Positions 58,031-64,000 of a stretch of DNA of 64,000 nucleotides are shown one piece after another. The stretch's first letter is position 1, and each line of letters opens with the position of its first letter. The notes under the pieces are model-generated. The model was not told the origin of the DNA. It did no database searches and saw only the letters and a program-made list of their open reading frames with translations. Source of the DNA: Propionibacteriaceae bacterium (GTDB taxonomy: Bacteria; Actinomycetota; Actinomycetes; Propionibacteriales; Propionibacteriaceae); assembly GCA_031267645.1 (NCBI GenBank), contig JAIRYW010000058.1:1106-65105 (forward strand). The letters are read 5' to 3'. The position numbers and the translations under genes are program-made.

Positions 58031-58702
58031 TCAACAACTGTCACATCGGCCCGATTCCAGGCCTGGGGGTGAGTCCTGCCTCTGTCCGCAGTACAGGCAG
58101 CGATCACCTCGGAACAAGAACTTCGGCTCCGGATGGGCCGGCGCTTGGAGTTGGCTTCGGAAGACGTGGGCGTAGCGGCTGGCCAGTCTGGGGTGCTGGC
58201 GGCCCAAAGCCCGGTGCATCTCCGCCGGGGTGTCAGGTGGACGGACACGGTGCGCGGTCAGGACCGTCAGCGCCTCCTGGTAGGCCGTGGCCGAGAAGCG
58301 GGCGGCCATGAATAAATCAGCGGTCACAGCCGACAGGCCGCATTCCACGAGGTTGACCGTCGCGAAGTCGTCCACGTTCTCAGTGATCAAGAACAGAGCC
58401 CCAGCGGTATGCGCGTCGGCGAGTATCTGACGGTCTTCAGGAGTTGTGGCGGAGAACCTGTCGGCTCCCGCTCCCGCTGGTGTCGTGAGCCAGCCGAAGC
58501 GGACAGACAGGTCGGAGACCGGAGTGCGGCCAGACCCAAGATGCCGATCGGCCTGGATCACGGCGGTCTCACTCCAAACGGGGCGATAGCCGCTCTTTTC
58601 GGCTCCGGCGAGCAGCAGAGTCCGGGTGACAGGTTTGGCCAAGACGTTGGCGTCGAGAAAAATGAGGAATGGGTCAGGCAAGTAGATCGGCCTCGATGTC
58701 AT
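58031..58702 (-). CDS. PIN-domain toxin-like protein with a C-terminal CxxC...CxxC tail
   Basis: N-terminal FLDANVLAKP (PIN acidic residue), later ILADAH..GALFLITENVDDF. Ends with RCLYCGQRQDSPPGLESGRCDSC. Overlaps the upstream HTH gene by 29 nt. Confidence 0.8.
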   Translation of the reverse strand: MTSRPIYLPDPFLIFLDANVLAKPVTRTLLLAGAEKSGYRPVWSETAVIQADRHLGSGRTPVSDLSVRFGWLTTPAGAGADRFSATTPEDRQILADAHTAGALFLITENVDDFATVNLVECGLSAVTADLFMAARFSATAYQEALTVLTAHRVRPPDTPAEMHRALGRQHPRLASRYAHVFRSQLQAPAHPEPKFLFRGDRCLYCGQRQDSPPGLESGRCDSC

Positions 58703-59030
58703 CCATGTAGTGATCGGCCATGTCTTGCAACAGTTGGCTTCTGTATCGTTCGAACTCCGCCACGGGGATCCGGTGCCGGTTGCCGATCTTGACTGAGCGG
58801 ATGCTCCCTTCCGCGATGCGTCGGGAGACCGTCGGGCGGGAGATGCCCAGGCGGTCTGCCATTTCGGCTGGGGTCATGGTCTCGAGACGTGCCTCCAGGC
58901 TGACCGTCTCGCCGGCCTGGCCGGCCTTGACCACGAAACTCAAGGCGTCGCGCGCCCAGGTGGGCAGATCAGGACGGTCTGGCAGCGGCTCGGCGCGGAC
59001 GGTGTCGGGGGAGATGGTGAAGGTGATCAT
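58674..59030 (-). CDS. Excisionase-type helix-turn-helix antitoxin-like protein
   Basis: MTPAEMADRLGISRPTVSRRIAEGSIRSVKIGNRHRIPVAEFERY is an HTH_17/excisionase-family DNA-binding motif. Positioned upstream of, and overlapping, the PIN gene. Confidence 0.75.
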   Translation of the reverse strand: MITFTISPDTVRAEPLPDRPDLPTWARDALSFVVKAGQAGETVSLEARLETMTPAEMADRLGISRPTVSRRIAEGSIRSVKIGNRHRIPVAEFERYRSQLLQDMADHYMDDIEADLLA

Positions 59031-59167
59031 GCCCTAATCTTGCCAGGAATGCACACTTAGATCAATAGTATGTTCAAAATGAACGAATCGTATCGCCACG
59101 CCGAAGTGGATTGACGCAGGGGGCCCGCCGGAATCCGACGGGCCCCCTGTCAGCGTCGTCCAGGTGG

Positions 59168-60109
59168 TCAGACGATGGCGACCGGGCGGACCCAGGAGCC
59201 GGTGGCGCCCCGGATGCGCAGGGGCAGGCAGACGAAGAGGAACTCCGTCACCTGGTCGCGGGCCAGGTCGTCCAAGTAGGCGTTCTCCAGCAGGTGGACG
59301 CCGCGCTCGACCAACAGCCCGATGTGGACCGGGTGCGGGTTGAGCGGGTCGGGCGACGGGTTGGCCTCGACCGTGCCTTGGTCGGCCCCGACCACCACGG
59401 CGCCCTGGTCGGCCAGGTAGATCGCCACCTCGAGCGAGATGCCGGCGCCGTCGTGCTTGGACTGGGTGTCGGCGTCGGCCGTCCAGACCGTCAACCAGCC
59501 GGTGTTGATCAAGACGGCGTCGCCGGGTTTGAACTCGATCCGGTTGGCTTGGACCACCTGCAGGAACTCGTCCAAGGAGACGACGTAACCGGCCGGCAAG
59601 GGCTGGCCGCCGGTCGTCTTGGTCATGTCGACCAGGACGCCCCGGGTGATGATGGGCGCGATCGAGGAGGCTTCGGCCTTGGTCGGGCCGAAGTCGCCCA
59701 GATGATCGGCGTTCTTGTAGCCACCGTAAGCGTGATTGTCGTCGCCGCAGGTGATGTGATAAAGCGCGTCGAGGTGGGTGCCGGTGTGGGTGGTGCCCAT
59801 GATGATCTCAGTGTTGACGGCCATGTGGACCGGGTTCTCGCCCCGCCATTCGTCCATGTCGCCGACCACGTCCATGCCAGAGGCGGACCGGTAGGTCAGG
59901 ACCTGGAAGGGCGGATGGACCGCCATCAGCGGCATGGCGTGCCAACGGCCGCAGTCGAGGTCGTAGACCTTGCCTTGCTTGACCAGGCCGATGGCCTGGA
60001 CCACGTCGGTCGTGGTCAGTGAGGCGACGGCGCCGAACTCGCCTTCCTCATATTCCACCCCCGGCAACGGGGCGCGGCGCTCTGGCGCCCAAGCCTTATC
60101 GTTTGACAT
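59168..60109 (-). CDS. Cyclase-family protein (kynurenine-formamidase-like metal hydrolase fold)
   Basis: ORF 59168..60427 trimmed to the ATG at 60109 (aaggag RBS). HTGTHLDALYH motif (HxGTHxDxxxH). Confidence 0.85.
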   Translation of the reverse strand: MSNDKAWAPERRAPLPGVEYEEGEFGAVASLTTTDVVQAIGLVKQGKVYDLDCGRWHAMPLMAVHPPFQVLTYRSASGMDVVGDMDEWRGENPVHMAVNTEIIMGTTHTGTHLDALYHITCGDDNHAYGGYKNADHLGDFGPTKAEASSIAPIITRGVLVDMTKTTGGQPLPAGYVVSLDEFLQVVQANRIEFKPGDAVLINTGWLTVWTADADTQSKHDGAGISLEVAIYLADQGAVVVGADQGTVEANPSPDPLNPHPVHIGLLVERGVHLLENAYLDDLARDQVTEFLFVCLPLRIRGATGSWVRPVAIV

Positions 60110-60181
60110 GCTCAACTCCTTTGTTCGCGGTACGCCTAGACGGCTACGGGATTGGTTTGGAGCACCGTCAGGCGATGACGT

Positions 60182-60224
60182 CACGCTAACAGTTTTGCGC
60201 ATTCCGCGCAAAACTGTTAGCGTG
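60182..60224. promoter_or_regulatory. Perfect 19-bp inverted repeat with a 5-nt spacer in a divergent promoter region (operator candidate)
   Basis: cacgctaacagttttgcgc-attcc-gcgcaaaactgttagcgtg. Lies 73 nt from the cyclase ATG and 96 nt from the DUF1537 kinase ATG. Confidence 0.5.
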
Positions 60225-60319
60225 AACCGCGCGTTCGGGCTGGCCTCGAGCGCTGCCACGACAGATCGCTGGGAACCGGTCGGACCGGTTCGACCGGCCC
60301 GGACAGCGGAGGAACCCCC

Positions 60320-61567
60320 ATGAGCAGGCTTCCCGGCCAGGTCGTCGTGGCCGACGATCTGACCGGCGCGGTCGAAGCCGCGGCCGCTCTGGCCGGTCTC
60401 GGCCCGGACGGCGGCGAGGCGGCCCAAGTGGTCTTGGACCCGTCGGCTCTGGCCAGCGTCGACAGCGCCATCGCCAGCCTCGATCTGAACTGTCGAGACT
60501 TGCCAGCGGACCTAGCCGCCGCCCGCTTGAGCGCAGCCATGACGGCGGCCCGCCACTGGGTCGGAGCCGCGGGCCGGCGGTTGAAGAAGATCGACTCCCT
60601 GTGGCGCGGTAACACGGTGGCCGAGGTCGTCGCCTTGGCCGGCTGGGGGCCGGCCGTCTTGGTCCCCGCCTTGCCCGAACTGGGTCGGACGGTCGAAGCC
60701 GGTCGGCTCCAGCGGCCGGCTGACGCCGGCGGCGAGCTCGATCTGCTGGCCTGCCTGGCCGCGGTGGCGTCCCTGGTCGATCTGCGCGTTGTGCGCAACT
60801 CTGAGCAGGCTTTGTCAGACAGTCTGGGCGCCCTCTGGGCCGCCGGCCGTCTGCCCTTGGTCGACGCCGTCGACCAATCCGACCTGGACCGGATCGCGGC
60901 CGTCCTCGAAGCTTGGCCCGACCGGTTGGTCATCGGCAGCGGCGGGGTGGCCGCCGCCCTCGGCCGTCGGCGGGCCGCCGCTAGGGCCGATTACGAAGCC
61001 GCCGCCGGAACCGACTACGACGGCGCCGCCGTCGGAACCGACTTCGACCCGGCCGCCGGGGTGGTGGCCGATCGACGGCCGGTGGCGGTTCTGGTCGGCT
61101 CGACCGAGCCTGGCGCCCGAGCCCAGGTCGAATGGTTGAGCCGAGCCGGCCACCCGGTCGAGACGGTCGACCCGTCCGACCCAATGGTCGGCCCCGGCCC
61201 GGCCGACCTGACAGCTGGGGACGCCCGCTCGCCCCAGGTGCGGGTCTTCGTCTCGTCCGCGCCGACTCCGGGCCAAGGTCTGGACGACGGCTGGGCCGCT
61301 GGTCTGGTCGTCCGCCGGGCCCTGGCTTGGCAGCCGCGGGCCGATTGCGTCGCCACCGGCGGCGCGACCGCCCGGGCCCTGTTGGACGCCGCCGGCTCGA
61401 CCTGGTTGCGGCCGCTGGCCCAAGTCCATCCCGGCGCGGTGGTGTCGTTGGCCGACGACGGTCGTCTGGTCGCCACTCGGCCGGGCAGTTTCGGCCCAAT
61501 CGATTCGCTGGCGCTGATGCTCGAGCGGACCATCCGCTGGCGCCGGGGCGACAGCGTCGCCGACTGA
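60320..61567 (+). CDS. Four-carbon acid-sugar kinase family (DUF1537; OtnK/DtnK-like)
   Basis: N-terminal VVVADDLTGAVEAAA motif. About 415 aa. Immediately upstream of a PdxA-family gene. Confidence 0.85.
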   Translation: MSRLPGQVVVADDLTGAVEAAAALAGLGPDGGEAAQVVLDPSALASVDSAIASLDLNCRDLPADLAAARLSAAMTAARHWVGAAGRRLKKIDSLWRGNTVAEVVALAGWGPAVLVPALPELGRTVEAGRLQRPADAGGELDLLACLAAVASLVDLRVVRNSEQALSDSLGALWAAGRLPLVDAVDQSDLDRIAAVLEAWPDRLVIGSGGVAAALGRRRAAARADYEAAAGTDYDGAAVGTDFDPAAGVVADRRPVAVLVGSTEPGARAQVEWLSRAGHPVETVDPSDPMVGPGPADLTAGDARSPQVRVFVSSAPTPGQGLDDGWAAGLVVRRALAWQPRADCVATGGATARALLDAAGSTWLRPLAQVHPGAVVSLADDGRLVATRPGSFGPIDSLALMLERTIRWRRGDSVAD

Positions 61568-61585
61568 GGAGAGAAAGGCAAACTG

Positions 61586-62578
61586 ATGAGTCTTCCGCTG
61601 ATCGCCACCACCATGGGCGACGCCGCCGGGGTGGGGCCGGAGGTGACCGCCGCCGCCGTGCTCGCTCCCGAGGTCTTGGCCCGGTGCCGCCCGGTGGTGG
61701 TCGGCGACGCCGCCCGGTTGCGTCGAGCCTTGGACATCTTGGGCCTTAGAGCCGAGGTCCAAGCGGTGGCCGAATTGGAGCAGGCCCTACCCGGGCCTGG
61801 CCAGGTGGCGGTCATCGACCTCGGTCTGATCCCGCCCGACCTGCCCTTCGGCCAGCTCAGCCGGCTGGCCGGGGAGGCGGCCTATCGCTACATCGCCCGG
61901 GCCGCCGAACTGGCCCAGGCCGGCCGAGTCGGCGCCATCTGCACCGCCCCCATCAACAAGGCCGCTCTCAAGCTGGCCGGCCACGACTTCCCCGGTCACA
62001 CCGAGCTGTTGGCCCACCTGACCGGCACGCCCGAGGTCTCGATGATGTTGTCCTCGCCCCAGCTCAAAGTCATCCACGTCACCACCCACGTCGGCCTGCT
62101 CGACGCCGTGGCCCGGATCGAGCCCGGCTTGGTCCATCGCACCATCCGTCGCGGCCACCAGGCCCTCAGCCGGGTCGGGCCGGCGCCCAAGATCGGCGTC
62201 TGCGCCATCAACCCGCACGCCGGCGAGAACGGCCTGTTCGGCTATGGCGAGGAGGAACGTCTGATCGCCCCGGGCGTCGAGTTGGCCCGGGCCGAGGGCA
62301 TCGACGTCACCGGCCCCTGGCCGGCCGACTCTTTGTTCTACTTAGCCGTGCGGGGGGATTACGACCTGGTGGTGGCGATGTACCACGACCAGGGCCACTG
62401 CCCGGTCAAGGTCCTGGGCATCGAGTCAGGCGTCAACATCACGGTCGGCCTGCCCGTCATCCGCACCTCGGTCGACCACGGCACCGCCTTCGACATCGCC
62501 GGCAGCGGGCGGGTCGACCCGCGTAGCATGGTCGAAGCCCTGTTCCAGGCCGCCGCTTTGGCGCCGACCGCGGGTTAG
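61586..62578 (+). CDS. pdxA2: PdxA-family 4-phospho-(threonate/erythronate) dehydrogenase (PdxA2-type)
   Basis: FPGHTELLA, AMYHDQGH and RTSVDHGTAFDIAG blocks. Genomic pairing with a DUF1537 kinase. Confidence 0.85.
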   Translation: MSLPLIATTMGDAAGVGPEVTAAAVLAPEVLARCRPVVVGDAARLRRALDILGLRAEVQAVAELEQALPGPGQVAVIDLGLIPPDLPFGQLSRLAGEAAYRYIARAAELAQAGRVGAICTAPINKAALKLAGHDFPGHTELLAHLTGTPEVSMMLSSPQLKVIHVTTHVGLLDAVARIEPGLVHRTIRRGHQALSRVGPAPKIGVCAINPHAGENGLFGYGEEERLIAPGVELARAEGIDVTGPWPADSLFYLAVRGDYDLVVAMYHDQGHCPVKVLGIESGVNITVGLPVIRTSVDHGTAFDIAGSGRVDPRSMVEALFQAAALAPTAG

Positions 62579-62699
62579 GGCGGGCCTGGGGGGAGTCGCC
62601 GGCGTCCTCCCCAGCCCCGTTCTGAGGCCCGCTTCGGACCGACCGACCGACTCCAGGGCGAGTTCGAACCGAGCTGAAGCCAGGGCACGAAGGAGACCG

Positions 62700-63575
62700 A
62701 TGACAGGGCGCGACCCAGCCGTCCGACGGCGGCGGACCCGATTGGAGCCGGTCCCCGGCCGGGCCCCGGCCTCCGGCGGCCCGCTGCGGCGGGGCGACTC
62801 GGCCCAGCGCCGGCGCCTCATCTTGGAGTCGGTCCAAGATCTGGGGCAGGCCGAGGTCGAGCGCTTGGCGGCCCGTTTCGGCGTCACCGCCTCCACCATC
62901 CGGCGCGACCTAGCCCGGCTCAGCGCCGACGGCCAACTGGTCCGGACTTACGGCGGGGCGGTGGCCCGGGGCGGCCCGGAGACCTCGCTCAGCCAGCGCT
63001 CGGGCCAGGCCGACCAGGCCAAACGGGCCATGGCCGAGTGGGCCAGCCGACAGGTCGAGGCCGGTCAGACCGTCTTCTTCGACGCCGGCTCCTCGGTGGC
63101 GGCCGTGGCCCGGGCGCTGCCGCCGGTCGAAGGCCTGACCGTGGTGACGACCTCGCTCAGCGTGATCGGCTGGCTGGCCGACCGTTCCGACCTGGTCCTG
63201 GAGTGTCTGGGCGGGAGACTACGCGGGCTGAGCCAGGCCTTCGTCGGGCCGGCCGCCGAGGCCGGCCTGGAGCGCTGGACCTTCGACGCCGCCTTCCTGG
63301 GCTGCGACGGGGTCGACCCCCGGCTGGGCCTGTGCGAGGCCGATCAGGACCAGGCCCGGCTCAAGGCCATGGTGGTGGAACGGACCGCCCGGGTGTACGT
63401 CTTGGCCCACGCCGCCAAGCTGAAGGTCGCCCCCTTCCACTCCTGGACCCGCCTGGCCCGACCTTGGACCCTGGTGACCGACGCCAGCCCCGATCAGGTG
63501 GCCCGGGCCGGCTTCGAGGGCGGCCGGGTCACCGTGGTCAGCCTGCGGCCAGAGCAGGAGCCGGACCCCGCCTGA
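62700..63575 (+). CDS. DeoR/GlpR-family transcriptional regulator
   Basis: RBS gaaggag. HTH RRRLILESVQDLGQAEVERLAARFGVTASTIRRDLARL plus a DeoR C-terminal sensor domain. The Arg-rich N-extension may mean a later start. Confidence 0.85.
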   Translation: MTGRDPAVRRRRTRLEPVPGRAPASGGPLRRGDSAQRRRLILESVQDLGQAEVERLAARFGVTASTIRRDLARLSADGQLVRTYGGAVARGGPETSLSQRSGQADQAKRAMAEWASRQVEAGQTVFFDAGSSVAAVARALPPVEGLTVVTTSLSVIGWLADRSDLVLECLGGRLRGLSQAFVGPAAEAGLERWTFDAAFLGCDGVDPRLGLCEADQDQARLKAMVVERTARVYVLAHAAKLKVAPFHSWTRLARPWTLVTDASPDQVARAGFEGGRVTVVSLRPEQEPDPA

Positions 63576-63685
63576 GCCGGCCCCGGGCGCTGGCCCCGCT
63601 GGGCGCTTGCCTGGCGCGGGAGCGGGACCTCTTCCGCCACTTCCGGACCAGATAGCGGCCCGGTCTCCGCGCGCCACTGGCCAGA

Positions 63686-63794
63686 TTGACCCTCTGGACC
63701 ACTGCTGGTTGACCTTCTGGACCACTGGTCATTGACCCTCTGGACCACTGGTCATTGACCTTCTGGACCACTGATGGTTGACCCTTTGGAGTCC
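63686..63794. repeat. 23-bp tandem repeat, 4 full units plus partial units at both ends
   Basis: Unit ttgacc(c/t)tctggaccactg(c/g/a)t(g/c)(g/a). Full units start at 63686, 63709, 63732 and 63755; a partial fifth starts at 63778. A degenerate partial unit (ccactggccaga) precedes 63686. Confidence 0.85.
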
Positions 63795-64000
63795 TATCAC
63801 TCACTTCGGGGACACGCCATTAGTCTGGTCGGCATGGTGTCCGAACTACGGGTGACCGCTTGGCCGGGGCCGCCCACCCCGAGCTCGCAGCCGACTTGGG
63901 ACGGGCTGCCCCTGCCGCCTGGTCTGGCCGCCCGGCTGGCCCGGCCCGCCGGCCGCCAGATTCGCACCGCCTACCGTCTGGGCCAGGGCCCGGACGGCTT

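Noticed and set aside
62640-62690. tRNA-like T-loop string (gagttcgaaccgagc).
   Set aside because: No acceptor or anticodon stems can be drawn around it. It lies in the short pdxA2/DeoR intergenic region.
63670-63795. The tandem repeats as a CRISPR array.
   Set aside because: The units are directly adjacent (23-bp period) with no spacers, and no cas genes are nearby.
63834-64000. Possible plus-strand gene start (MVSELRVTAWPGPPTPSS...) running off the right edge.
   Set aside because: There is an open frame but no RBS, no recognisable motif in the 55 codons visible, and no stop. That is too little evidence to call a CDS.

Overview
High-GC actinobacterial chromosome segment (about two-thirds G+C by eye, TTG-rich Leu usage; any finer taxonomic guess would be inference). 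It is densely coded, with about 58 CDS. I saw no rRNA, tRNA, CRISPR array, transposase or integrase. Left to right: (i) At the left edge, minus strand: MerR, MerR, an unannotated 31-aa peptide with a purely hydrophobic tail, twin perfect hairpins, then an M50 intramembrane protease with an RRE-like N-domain. This is a candidate RiPP-like module cut by the window. (ii) A ~16.5-kb plus-strand, translationally coupled CoA-dependent catabolic supra-operon behind a GntR/FadR regulator. It encodes three hot-dog proteins, a family III CoA-transferase, an SDR, a crotonase, a thiolase, a Liv-type ABC importer, MmgE/PrpD, an MBL hydrolase, SCP2, two alpha/beta-hydrolase-fold proteins and a 2-hydroxyacid dehydrogenase. 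(iii) A lipoprotein, an SGNH hydrolase and a 2,527-aa LPXTG surface protein with 16 DUF11/TIGR01451-type repeats. (iv) The glyoxylate-to-glycerate operon hyi-glxR-gcl plus an IclR regulator. (v) cobT-cobU behind a possible diverged B12 riboswitch. (vi) An accessory islet with an Abi/HEPN-like gene and ~40% GC DNA, bracketed by decayed copies of the neighbouring ECF S-component gene. (vii) A B12-riboswitch-controlled ECF T-AA'-S operon. (viii) An alpha-galactoside locus (GH36, GH27, ABC importer, AraC regulator, mutarotase). (ix) A 1,172-aa DUF5107/TPR protein. (x) An FGGY kinase, a PIN/HTH toxin-antitoxin islet inserted into the 3' end of a cyclase gene, and a DUF1537 kinase-PdxA2-DeoR acid-sugar module. 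(xi) A 23-bp tandem repeat array at the right edge. Start codons were chosen by eye from RBS and homology logic. All family calls rest on motif recognition, not on database searches.
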